Of a stretch of DNA of 33,898 nucleotides, positions 20,137 to 29,415 are shown piece by piece. The notes beneath the pieces were generated by a model. It saw only the letters and a program-made list of their open reading frames with translations, did no database searches and was not told the DNA's origin. The DNA is from an uncultured delta proteobacterium (GTDB lineage Bacteria > Desulfobacterota > Syntrophobacteria > Syntrophobacterales > Syntrophobacteraceae). Location: positions 1-33,898 of the forward strand of contig CAWEHK010000040.1 of assembly GCA_963808625.1 (NCBI GenBank). The letters run 5' to 3'. How positions within the stretch are numbered: position 1 is the stretch's first letter; the number at the start of each line of letters is the position of its first letter. The position numbers and the translations under genes were made by a program.

Positions 20137-20451
20137 ATGAATCTCAATGACATAATGGATGCAATCCACAAAATCACGTGCGGATCAGTGATCATGCCGA
20201 CGAAGAGGCTGAAGCCGATGAGCTTACCTTTGACGAAATCTATTTCTCGGTTCTGCATGGAGAGATCATTGAGGATTATCCGGATGACAGGCCGTACCCA
20301 AGCTGTTTAATATACGGTATGACTTTCAGTGGAGATCCTATCCATTCTGTTTGGGCTTATAATGAAGAAAACCAGTGGGCGGCGCTGGTTCACGGTATAT
20401 CGGCCTGATCCGGATCTATGGATTAATTGGCGGGAGAGGAAAAGAGCATGA
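20137..20451 (+). pseudogene. DUF4258-family putative toxin with two frameshifts
   Basis: MNLNDIMDAIHK/HVRISDHADEEA...GEIIEDYPDDRPYPSCLIYG...PIHSVW...LV/TVYRPDPDLWINWRERKRA. Shifts fall near 20172 and 20390. Confidence 0.75.
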
Positions 20452-20714
20452 TGCCATTTGGAAAATGTCCGGTCTGTGGTGGTGAAATGGTGGCAAAGGA
20501 AGTGGAAAAACTGCTGCGTGGTGGTGTCAATACCGCAGTCCTAAGAGTTCCGGCCGAAGTGTGCCTGCACTGTGGTGAACGGCTCTATTCACAAGAGGTC
20601 GTCCGCTGTTTCGAGCGAATCAGAGCAAAGCTAAAGCGTCACGATACTTCCGATTTTCAGCCCATAGGGCAGGCCTTTCACGTAACAAACTGCAACTTTG
20701 AGAGTATCGCATAG
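20448..20714 (+). CDS. YgiT/MqsA-type zinc finger protein (putative antitoxin)
   Basis: CPVCGG...VPAEVCLHCGERLYS, with an ATGA overlap with the DUF4258 gene. Confidence 0.85.
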   Translation: MMPFGKCPVCGGEMVAKEVEKLLRGGVNTAVLRVPAEVCLHCGERLYSQEVVRCFERIRAKLKRHDTSDFQPIGQAFHVTNCNFESIA

Positions 20715-20761
20715 AAAATTCAGAGCACGTATCATCATCTGCCGCAAGGCCGCTCTTTTTG

Positions 20762-20849
20762 CCCCAACCAATCATTCGAGCCGCCGCCGAACCACGCCCG
20801 GAGTATTGCCTCAAGTCCTCGGCCGGCGCTGCTCAATTCTGCGATAGCC
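20762..20849 (+). other. attC site 3 (88 bp, R' box mutated)
   Basis: CCCCAAC-CAATC-ATTCGAGCCGCCGCCG ... CGGCGCTGCTCAAT-TCTGC-GATAGCC. It is followed by the same sequence that follows GTTAGCC at 16058. Confidence 0.75.
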
Positions 20850-21082
20850 CCACTGCTCGAGGACTGATGCCCGTTCACAGGATGTTTTATGGAAGCTTTT
20901 GAGATCATCAGTGAGATAACAGACATCGAGACCATCGCTCTCGAGAGATCGATTGATGAGGTCTCACATCTGCGAAAACATTACGATCAGGATCGCTGAC
21001 GAAGACTCAAAGGTTGTTGCTATGATTCGGCTTAGGAGCGGTCGAGTTCGCAAAGCCGAGCGTCACTTGTATGAAGCACACG
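20843..21082 (+). pseudogene. Truncated second copy of cassette 2
   Basis: Aligns with 16058-16297. ATG at 20889 (MEAFEIISEIT), the same in-frame TGA at 20997-20999, and truncation after YEAH. Confidence 0.85.
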
Positions 21083-21323
21083 TTGGCCGGCAGCGACTTC
21101 GACAAAGCCGTCGAGCAGGTCAAGCGGATCGTACAGCGGTCGCCTGAGGACCAAGCGGGTGCGGCCCCCAAGCGGGTCCGCCGTTTGCGCAAGCTCAACA
21201 ACAGATGAACATGCTCCACCACTTTGAGCTTAATACCGGACAGTTCCGATTCATCCCGCGCCGAGGCAGCGGAGCTAAGAAACCGCCCAAGAATAACTTG
21301 CACCCATTTCAGTCCTTTTCCGA

Positions 21324-21383
21324 ACCACGAAGAACACGAAGAGCACCAAGTCATTTCTTCGTGCTCTTCGTGTTCTTCGTGGT
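21324..21383. repeat. Palindrome built from 9-bp CACGAAGAR units
   Basis: ACCACGAAGAACACGAAGAGCACCAAG-tcattt-CTTCGTGCTCTTCGTGTTCTTCGTGGT. Confidence 0.85.
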
Positions 21384-21414
21384 AGAAGAAGGCCTTTTAT
21401 CTTTGGACGCCCCC

Positions 21415-21563
21415 TAAGCATAGCTCCGCATAAATGGGTATCCGAATTCCGGTCGTCATGCCCGCGAAGGCGGGCATCCAGGGTTTGTTGCTGGATTCCC
21501 GCCAAGAGCATGCGGGAATGACGACCGGGGGTAATGGACACTTTATTCTGCTGTGCTGTACTA
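21415..21563. mobile_element. MITE-like element with a REP-doublet core
   Basis: Imperfect terminal inverted repeats (TAAGCATAGCTCCGCATAAATG / CTTTATTCTGCTGTGCTGTACTA) with TA ends. The core at 21449-21528 is GTCATGCCCGCG..CGGGCATCCAG...CTGGATTCCCGC..GCGGGAATGAC. Confidence 0.6.
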
Positions 21564-22332
21564 AGGGCACGTATACCCCCCGTCGATCACCAGGTCGGAA
21601 CCAGTCATAAACGAGGACTCGTCCGATGCGAGGAAGACTACGCCATGGGCGATCTCGTCGGGTTTGCCGAAGCGTTTCATCGGTACCAGGGAGAGAAGGG
21701 GCTCCCAGGCCTCCCTGGGCACCGAGGTCTCGAACAGGTTCGTGTCAAACATGCCGGGGCAGACGGTGTTCACGCGGATGTTCTTGCCGACGAGCTCGAT
21801 CGCTGCCGATTTGGTCATCAGGCGCACGGCTCCCTTCGTACCCTGATACGCCGTTGAGATACCGGCACCCACGATGCCATAGATGGACCCAAAGTTGATG
21901 ATGGATCCACCCCCTGCCCGTTCCATCGCGGGCACGACGGTCTTCATGCCCAGCAGTACGCCAAGCTGATTGACGTTGATGATGCGGTGGAAGTCCTCGA
22001 CCGAGTGCTCCGTCAGCGGCTTGTGTAGATAGATGCCGGCATTGTTCGAGAGCACGTTGACTTTGCCGAATCGCTTCTCAGCCGTGTTCACAAACTCCGT
22101 CCAGTTGCTTTCCCGGGTCACGTCCAGTTGCAGATAATCCGCATCACCGCCCTTCGCCGTAATCTCGCTCGCACAGAGTTTTCAGCGGCACACAAAATTC
22201 GCTGCCTTCCGGCGCCAAGTCGCCCAGGAAGACTTTCGCCCCCTCCGCCGCCATCATCCGCGCCTGAGCTGCGCCGAGGCCGCCTGATGCGCCACTGATC
22301 AGCGCCACCTTACCGTTAAGTCGATTTGCCAT
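21561..22332 (-). CDS. Short-chain dehydrogenase/reductase (frameshift near 22172)
   Basis: GASGGLG Rossmann motif, NNAG, catalytic YQGTK, IRVNTVCPG, DGG. The sequence is split across two frames. Confidence 0.88.
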
Positions 22333-22569
22333 GTGAGTGCCTCCCTTGCTTGGTTGAAGTGATCGTCATCTGAATCCGGCGGCAACGCTGGCGTCACTGA
22401 TAATTCCTTCCTGTCAGCTTCCGCCGGATTTTCTGCCAGTTCCGCACCTCCCGAGGGCAGGATTGAGAACGCTGCCCATGCTGGCTTTCCTGCCATCTTC
22501 GTGGTTGCTCCGCCTTCCATCATTTCCATCGTCGCGACGACTTGATGACGATTTTAGATACTAATATTA

Positions 22570-22605
22570 TACTTTGCAAGTAGGCACCTTTTTGTTGTAT
22601 AGTAA
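22570..22605. promoter_or_regulatory. AT-rich divergent promoter/operator region between SDR and HxlR
   Basis: TACTTTGCAAGTA near-palindrome followed by GGCACCTTTTTGTTG in the divergent intergenic region. Confidence 0.3.
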
Positions 22606-22649
22606 GCTTCTGGAAACTATTCATCCAACTCTGAGAAAAGAGGGCTTGC

Positions 22650-23027
22650 ATGAAATGGGACGTCTATAACGAACATTGTCCGACGAGGATCGTGCTGGAC
22701 CGGATTGCCGACAAATGGACCGTCCTCATCGTCGGTGCGCTTGAGCCCAAGACGAAGCGGTTTGGGGAGTTGCGACGGGAGATCGGCGGCGTGTCTCAAA
22801 AGATGCTGACCCAGACGCTTCGAGGGCTTGAGCGGGACGGCCTCGTCGCCCGCATGGTTTATGCCTCGGTGCCGCCGAAAGTAGAGTATTCTCTCACCGC
22901 GCTCGGCCGCACGCTGGTGCCCATGCTTGATGCGATACGCGGGTGGTCGGAAAACAACATCGAAGATGTTTTGAAAGCTCGGGATGCCTACGATATCAGG
23001 GCTGCGTCCGAGGCGCCCGACGAATGA
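22650..23027 (+). CDS. HxlR-family winged-helix transcriptional regulator
   Basis: CPTRIVLDRIADKWTVLI, RFGELRR, SQKMLTQTLRGLERDGLV, PPKVEYSLT. Confidence 0.95.
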   Translation: MKWDVYNEHCPTRIVLDRIADKWTVLIVGALEPKTKRFGELRREIGGVSQKMLTQTLRGLERDGLVARMVYASVPPKVEYSLTALGRTLVPMLDAIRGWSENNIEDVLKARDAYDIRAASEAPDE

Positions 23028-23089
23028 CCGTTGCTTAAACCGTCCCCATGTGGCCGACGGGGACGGTCACATACCATCGGCAGCGTTCT

Positions 23090-23222
23090 GGAACTATCTC
23101 AAAATGGTCAAAACGCCTTTGGTTGCCATTCCGGCGAAAGCCGGAATCGAGGTGTTGCTAAGGATTCTGGATCTCGGCTTCGGCCGGGGTGACTGGGTAA
23201 GCCAGTTTTGAGCTCACATTCC
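23090..23222. mobile_element. Degenerate MITE-like element with a REP-like core
   Basis: Ends GGAACTATCTCAAAA / TTTTGAGCTCACATTCC; core GCCATTCCGGCGAAAGCCGGAATC...CTGGATCTCGGCTTCGGCCGGGGTGAC. Confidence 0.5.
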
Positions 23223-23498
23223 GCACCCGTTGAGTCATGAGAAGGCGAATTTCAGGATGAAGTTTTCTCCTGATGGTAAAAGCGTTTGCAGACGATCAAC
23301 CGTTTGGTGCCGACACCGATCGAGGTCAAGCCTGGCGTTATCGTTCTGGGGCTTTTACTGGAGACATGCACGGGGCGGTTGCTTCTCTATCGTTCAGGGG
23401 ATTTCTACGAGGCCCGATACACGAAGGTCCTTTTGGGAAAGGACCAGTTCCGGCAAGCGCGTTCAATGGCAACACGGTAAGTCGGGTGGTCTTGTGGG

Positions 23499-24059
23499 TC
23501 AACTTATCTGGGCTTTTTCCCACTCCCTGGTCAGGCCGTAATCCTGGACTTTTTGCCTGAGCCAATCCATGTCCAGTTCGTCGGGGGACAGATCGAGAAC
23601 CCCGATAATATCTTTCAGATGCTTGTCGGAGCCTCCCTCGCGGTAGAATTCCAATTTGCGCAGGATCACGTATTCTGGAGGAGCCAGCCAAACCTGTTCC
23701 CCGCTGATTTCGAGGGACCTTCGATGGGCCATGGCCCAATGGTGGAGAGGGTCTCTTCCCACCGTGTAGATGTCCGCCCGCAATCCCGTTTCGTGATGGA
23801 TAAGGTTGAAGTGGCCCCGCAAAGGGCGTTTGGCCTCGATCACGAGGTTTTCGAGGGGGGGGCAGTAAAAGCCATCGGACGGAAAAGCTTTGGTTATCTT
23901 AGCAACCGTTTTTGCTGTCACTCCGAGCACAAGATCGACATCATGGGTCAGCCGCGGTTCACCGTAGATGACGCAGGCTACAGACCCGGTGATCATGTAG
24001 GGGATGGCTGTCCGGTTCAGCCTCCTGATGAAGATCGTGATGAGGTCAGGTTCCGGCAT
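23499..24059 (-). CDS. Nucleotidyltransferase-fold protein (putative TA toxin component)
   Basis: Likely start MPEPDL. Motifs YMITGSVA...YGEPRLTHDVDLV (GS/DxD), PEYVILRKL and KHLKDI. Confidence 0.8.
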   Translation of the reverse strand: MPEPDLITIFIRRLNRTAIPYMITGSVACVIYGEPRLTHDVDLVLGVTAKTVAKITKAFPSDGFYCPPLENLVIEAKRPLRGHFNLIHHETGLRADIYTVGRDPLHHWAMAHRRSLEISGEQVWLAPPEYVILRKLEFYREGGSDKHLKDIIGVLDLSPDELDMDWLRQKVQDYGLTREWEKAQIS

Positions 24060-24231
24060 ACATGAAAATCTCCCTGACCGTCCATCGGATTCGCGCTTCG
24101 GTCCAGTCCGGATGCCGGGAACGGAGCCAAGCCTCCCGGCTCCGCCTGGCAAACCAGTACAGGTCATTGGCCAGGGCAAACTTCCGATCGGGGCTCATCG
24201 ACTTGTAGATGTGCTTCTGCTCCGAAAGCAT
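24046..24231 (-). CDS. Small basic helical protein overlapping the nucleotidyltransferase start (putative partner/antitoxin)
   Basis: 61 aa, IYKSMSPDRK...LRSRHPDWTE, with RBS AGGAG upstream. Confidence 0.7.
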   Translation of the reverse strand: MLSEQKHIYKSMSPDRKFALANDLYWFARRSREAWLRSRHPDWTEARIRWTVREIFMYAGT

Positions 24232-24423
24232 AAGACTCTACGCTCCTGCCTTAATCCATCCTCATGTCAGGCCCCACTGGCCCGTTTCCTCAGGCCGTCC
24301 TCGCTTGCCAAACTTGGGCAGACGACCTCATCTTGAATGGATTATCTCCTATCAGATTCCGTCCCGTAAGTCATCATCCCCGAGGAAACATCGATCAGTA
24401 ATGCCTTGCTAAACAGAAGGCGA

Positions 24424-25688
24424 TTATTTTATCAGCATGAGGCTCAGCGCCGGGAAGAAGGTAATAAACGCCAGGGTCACCAGGAGGATGGCAATGAACG
24501 GAAGGGAGGCATAGTACAAATAAATCACCGACTTCTCGAATCGCAGGCTGGCGATGAGGAGGTCCATCCCGATCGGCGGCAGGGAGTAGCCGATCTGGAG
24601 GTTCGTGAGAAAAATGATGCCCAGATGCAGCAGGTTGACATCATAGCTTTTGGCAATCGGCACAATGAGCGGCACGACAATAACCAGGGCTGAAAAGATG
24701 TTGAGCACACAGCCCACCCCGAGCAGGAACAGGTTCAAGATAAAGAGAAAAGCGTACTTGCTTTCGACATGGGTGCGCATGAAGCTCAGGATCTTGTTGG
24801 GGACCTGCTGGTCGATGAGGAAGCTGTTGAAGGCGAGCGATGCACCCAGAATGACCACAATGGCGCCCACCATAATCACGGTTTTCATAATCGTGGAGGG
24901 CAATTCCGCCAGCTTCACCTCCCGATGAATCACCATCTCGACAAGCAGTACGTAAATGGCCGTAATTGCGGCAGCTTCACTCAACGCCAGGTAGCCGCTG
25001 AAGATCCCGCCCAGGACCACCACCGGAAGAAGGACTTCCCAGACTGCTTCGCGCAGGGCGGCGAGGACTTCGCGGAAGGCGAACTGGGCATGAGCGCCCG
25101 TGGTGCCGGAACGAATGCCCTGAACCATGCTGTAAAGGGAGAGCAGGACCAGCATGAGCGCTCCCGGCACAACCCCTGCCACGAAAAGGTCTGCGGTATT
25201 GACGTCGGCAACCATGGCATAAATGATCAGCGGGAGGCTGGGGGGAAGAGCAGTCCGAGGCTCCCGCAGGTGGTGAGGAGCCCGAGGGAGAATTTCTCCG
25301 GGTACTTGTCGCCAATGAGGGCGGGTAACATCAACCCTCCGAGGGCGACGATGGTAATTCCCGAAGCACCGGTAAGGGCCGTGAAAAAAGCACAGGTAAT
25401 CAGCGAGACAATGGCCATCCCTCCGGGCGTTCTTCCCATGAGGGCGGTGGAAAGCCTGACCAGCCTCGCGCTGGCCTGGCTCTCCCCAAGCACATAGCCG
25501 GCGAAGGCAAAGAGCAGGAGGGCTATCAGGATGGGACTGGAAGCCAGACGGTACATTTCGATGATCACTGCCGCAAGGTCAATGCCGAGAGCTTGAAAAC
25601 ACAGGAGTGCGGCAGCGGAGATCACCAGGAACAGGGGCGCCCCGGAAAATGCCACGATAATCAGGCCGGCGGTCAGCAGCAGAGTCAT
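24424..25688 (-). CDS. dctM: TRAP transporter large permease (frameshift in the G6 run near 25240)
   Basis: FTALTGASG, GSLGLLFPP/SLPLIIY, LFVAGVVPG, PPIGMDL. Confidence 0.9.
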
Positions 25689-25899
25689 TCGTTCAAGTCA
25701 CCTCAGGTCGCAACTTTCATCAACCATCAACCATCAACCGGTTCTAAAGTCCTTCGTTCAGGTCACCTCAGGTCGCAACTTTCATCAACCATCAACCATC
25801 AACCGGTTCTAAAGTCCTTCGTTCAAGTCACCTCAGGTCGCAGCTTTCATCAACCATCAACCATCAACCATCAACCGGTTCTAAAGTCCTTCGTTCAGG
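25688..25899. repeat. Nested tandem repeat: units of 65, 65 and 72 bp plus a partial unit, each containing (CATCAAC)3-4
   Basis: Units start at 25688, 25753, 25818 and 25890 and are almost identical. Confidence 0.95.
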
Positions 25900-26396
25900 C
25901 CACCATGGTCCGCGCTCAGTTCGGCAACGAGCTGATATCCAAATCTCAGCGTCATGATCGCGAAACTCAGGGGAAAGACGGCTTCCAACCACCAGTTGGG
26001 AATGTCAGCGAACGCCATGGTGCCCGAGCTCATTTCGCTCTGTAAAAAGGTGATCGAGGCATACAGGAGGATGGCCGAAACCGCCGTGGAAAAGAGATTG
26101 CTGATGATGCCAAGGACCCGGGCACTCGCCGCGGGCAGCAACTTGGGAAGGAGGTCAATCTGGATGTGCTTGTTTTCCGCGGCAGCCCGCGCGGCCCCGA
26201 GCAAACTGACCCAGAGCACGATTTGCCGCAGCAGGGAGTCACCCCAGATGAGACCGGTTGAAAAAAAATTCCGTAGAACAATCTGGAGAAATGAAAAGAC
26301 GACAAGGAAGATAACCAGCGAAGCGATCAACCACTTTTCGAGCGCTCCGACCCATCGGCTCACCTGCGGTATGCTGTTGTGAAAGTGAGACTTCAT
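25881..26396 (-). CDS. dctQ: TRAP transporter small permease
   Basis: Four TM segments; QIVLRNFF, VLWVSLLGA, HIQIDL. Confidence 0.92.
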   Translation of the reverse strand: MKSHFHNSIPQVSRWVGALEKWLIASLVIFLVVFSFLQIVLRNFFSTGLIWGDSLLRQIVLWVSLLGAARAAAENKHIQIDLLPKLLPAASARVLGIISNLFSTAVSAILLYASITFLQSEMSSGTMAFADIPNWWLEAVFPLSFAIMTLRFGYQLVAELSADHGGLNEGL

Positions 26397-27394
26397 TGTT
26401 TTCCGCGAGGTTGCGCCCGGTATTCAGCGAGTTCCGCCTGGATCTTCTTATAGGTAGCCATGGGGAACTCCTTGGGCCCGAGGTCGGCCATGGCTTGATT
26501 GCTGAGTTCTTTGAAGTCCTTGAGCTGGCTCGGGTCGGGCGTTACTTTTTTCACCCCGCGCTTGAAGATGACTTCCAGGGCGTCAGCATTGTCTTTTCTG
26601 GTCTGCTCCGTGACCCGCTGCAGATACTTGGCCGAAACCTTTCTGAGGGTTTCCTGAAGGGGGGCGGGAATTTTGGCAAGGAACTTCTTGTCCATCACCA
26701 GGGCCCCGCCGACGTAAGAAACCGGAGCGTCGGTGAGGTATTTGATCTGGGTATACCACTGCGTGATCAGAGCATAGTAGGGCGAATTGTAAACGACTTC
26801 GAGGAGATTGGTCTGGAGGGCCATGAGCACATCCGGAGCATTGATGGCGACCGTCGACACCCCGACCTTGACCATGATCGCCTGCAGCATGGGGGCGTTG
26901 GATTTGCCCCAGACTTTCTTGCCCTTGATGTCCTGCAGGCTGGCGATTGGGGTGGTCGACATAAAATAGAGAAAACCAAGTTCCGGCCAACCCAGGACCT
27001 CGAAGCCCCGCTCGCCGAACCCGCGCTTCAGGTCGGGTTCGAGCTTCGCCATGATATGGTCGACCTCCTGGTAGTTGTCGAACAGGAAGGGCACGAGGAA
27101 GGCGCGCAGATCATGGTTCACGTCGGTAAGGGCGGAGGTGGTAAAGGCCGCCGCGTGCACCATGCCGATGCGGAGTTTCCTCAGAACATCCTCTTCATCA
27201 CCCAGGACGAAGCCCGCGAACAGTTTGAAGCCCACTTTACCGCCGGTTTCTTTGAGCAGCTCAGCGTTCATCTCGTTGAAAATCTGCATCATCGAGCTGT
27301 TTTCCGGCGCCATCGTGGCCAGTTTGATCTCGTACTCGGGCTCCCCTGCCGCACGCGCCGCCGGGACCGAGAAGAGCACCAGAAGACAAAGCAA
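26393..27394 (-). CDS. dctP: TRAP substrate-binding protein (DctP/TatP type); the true start may be further upstream
   Basis: IKLATMAPENS, LGDEEDVLRKLRIG, DVLMALQT, and a signal peptide ending AARA. Confidence 0.9.
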   Translation of the reverse strand: MLCLLVLFSVPAARAAGEPEYEIKLATMAPENSSMMQIFNEMNAELLKETGGKVGFKLFAGFVLGDEEDVLRKLRIGMVHAAAFTTSALTDVNHDLRAFLVPFLFDNYQEVDHIMAKLEPDLKRGFGERGFEVLGWPELGFLYFMSTTPIASLQDIKGKKVWGKSNAPMLQAIMVKVGVSTVAINAPDVLMALQTNLLEVVYNSPYYALITQWYTQIKYLTDAPVSYVGGALVMDKKFLAKIPAPLQETLRKVSAKYLQRVTEQTRKDNADALEVIFKRGVKKVTPDPSQLKDFKELSNQAMADLGPKEFPMATYKKIQAELAEYRAQPRGKQ

Positions 27395-27453
27395 ACCGAG
27401 GATCAGGACACAGCACTTCCTCGGGACCAGTTGTGCGCGGACTGGCAGCGCCG

Positions 27454-28371
27454 TTAAGATGGACTTCCAAAGTATTCCTCCGTCTTCGCCATGAGTTTTT
27501 TCGCTTTTTCTTTAGCCAGGGTATTAGGAAGGGTGAGCTCCGGGACTTCATCCACGGGGGCGGCCATGACCTCGCGCAAGGTCGCTTCAAAAAGCTGACG
27601 GTCTTTGATTCCGACGGCATAGTACTGAGCGAAGAGGACCTTGCCGGCCAATACCTTGTTGCCGCTTATGGCAAAGGCACGATCAAACTGTTTCTCTGCT
27701 TCCGCCAGTCCGCCCCCGAGAACGGGGGCCCGAACCGCGAGATAAACCCCCATCAAAAGGTGCGGCCCACCATAGTTGTAGGTGTCATCCAGGGCAAGGA
27801 CCCGGTCCAGGGTGACCCCGAAAACCGGCAAATCCCCGACGGCTTCAACATTGCCGAGGTTGCTGCTGATCCATCCGGCCCAGGCGCTGGCAGTCCAAAA
27901 CAGCGCGGGCACATCCTCTTTTTTATATCGCTCCAGGAAAGCCTTGAACTCATCGAGATTTCCTGCCGCGGCCTGGCCAAAATCTCCCCGGTCCGAAAGG
28001 GCCCGGAAGCCGTAGAGCTTGGCCTTGCGATAAAGGGCTTCGGCCGTTTTCGGCTGGTCGTCGGCAACAAACATCGAAGCATAAGAAGCGTAGGCCTTGC
28101 AGCCGGCGACGAGCAGTTCCCGGTTGTTGGGATAGGCTTCGATCAGACCATCCACCAGCATGAGGTAGGCAGGAGTGCCCTCTCTGACGATCGTGGCATC
28201 CGTCTGCCTGCCCGCTGCCTGCGCCACGTCCTGAAGGGTGAGGGCGACGGCGGTCACCCGCACCGACTTGGCCGGGACACAACCGGTGCAGGAGAGGACC
28301 AGCACCGCCGAAAGAAGAGAAAAGAAACGGGACGAAGCCGGGTAAAATCGGATCATTTTGCCTCTGCTCAT
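27454..28371 (-). CDS. TRAP transporter TatT-component lipoprotein (TPR-like)
   Basis: Lipobox-like LSCTGC, LFWTASAWAGWI, LDDTYNYGGPHL and helical repeats. It is the first gene of the T-P-Q-M cluster. Confidence 0.85.
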   Translation of the reverse strand: MSRGKMIRFYPASSRFFSLLSAVLVLSCTGCVPAKSVRVTAVALTLQDVAQAAGRQTDATIVREGTPAYLMLVDGLIEAYPNNRELLVAGCKAYASYASMFVADDQPKTAEALYRKAKLYGFRALSDRGDFGQAAAGNLDEFKAFLERYKKEDVPALFWTASAWAGWISSNLGNVEAVGDLPVFGVTLDRVLALDDTYNYGGPHLLMGVYLAVRAPVLGGGLAEAEKQFDRAFAISGNKVLAGKVLFAQYYAVGIKDRQLFEATLREVMAAPVDEVPELTLPNTLAKEKAKKLMAKTEEYFGSPS

Positions 28372-28633
28372 GTCACGGGGTTCGTCAATGAAGGCCGCTC
28401 CGTAACCGCCAGATCACGGGAAAAGTTGAGGGCTTATAGATAGTTGCTGGATCACGGTTTGTCAAGCCAAGAAATCGGCACCAGCCGCGCCGGCACCCTG
28501 TCCGCAAAACGACGAACAAAGCAAGGCATCGCGACCTGGCAGCTCTCGTCTTTCTCGGTAAGCAGGGCATCACCACGGGAGGAAACGAAAGGAAGAGGGC
28601 AGTTGGTGGCCGGCGCCGTGAGCATCACCTCGC

Positions 28634-29227
28634 TCAGGCCGACTCCTCCTCGTCGTCCTGAGAATCAGCGGTGAGCGGCTCGAGTTCCTTTTGTCTGATA
28701 TCAAGCCGCTTCCAGCGCCCCCTGTCGTTGATGAGCTTTTCCATTTCCCGCCGCACTTCCGTCTGGGAGATGAGTTCCGAGAGCAGGATGCGCTTGTAGC
28801 TTATGCTTCGCAATTCGTTTTCCAAAAATTCATCGCGCTCTTCCTTGAGTTTGAGGTTTTGCTTGAAGAGCTTCTCTTCAAGGTTTTCGTTCTCGATCAG
28901 CAAGCCGATGAACATGTCGGCGAGCCTGCTTCTCCTCAAACCCATCATGCCGATCCCGGCGGCCTTCTGCCGGTACTGATCCAGCTTGCCTTCCAGGAAA
29001 GAAATGCGCCTCAGCAGTTCGGCTTTTTCTTTTTCGAGCTTTTCCTTTTCATTGTCCCAAAAGTTCTTCAGCGCCTTCTCGATGGACAGCATTTCTTCTC
29101 GGTCATTGACGCTCTGGGCTGCATATCTGACAACCGTCTTGCGATACCCAAGGTAGTACCCCATCGAGAAAATGAGCAGCATACAGGATGCGACTGCAAA
29201 GATCTGGTATACAATTGGTGGAATCAT
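28634..29227 (-). CDS. Membrane-anchored coiled-coil hypothetical protein
   Basis: N-terminal TM helix, E/K-rich heptads and an acidic tail. Confidence 0.75.
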   Translation of the reverse strand: MIPPIVYQIFAVASCMLLIFSMGYYLGYRKTVVRYAAQSVNDREEMLSIEKALKNFWDNEKEKLEKEKAELLRRISFLEGKLDQYRQKAAGIGMMGLRRSRLADMFIGLLIENENLEEKLFKQNLKLKEERDEFLENELRSISYKRILLSELISQTEVRREMEKLINDRGRWKRLDIRQKELEPLTADSQDDEEESA

Positions 29228-29415
29228 CGCTATACAGGACCTCTTCTCAGTAGACTATCTGCACAAGCTCGCCATATCCTTTCCTCTCACCCCGAGCATA
29301 CTGAGCGACCCCTGAGGTTGCGGCGCATGGATCTTAAACATAATTCCGCCCCCTCTGCGATACTTTATGGTGAAAATGGAAAACGATCTCGGCAGCCAAC
29401 GCAGCCGCATGGTGT

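Noticed and set aside
21083..21200. Fragment reading LAGSDFDKAVEQVKRI, reminiscent of a RhuM-like C-terminus
   Set aside because: Too short to assign without a search.
23230..23541. Short plus-strand ORFs between hxlR and the nucleotidyltransferase
   Set aside because: Several overlapping short ORFs with no RBS or motif support.
25688..25899. Possible CRISPR array
   Set aside because: The units are near-identical along their whole length, with no unique spacers and no cas genes in the window.
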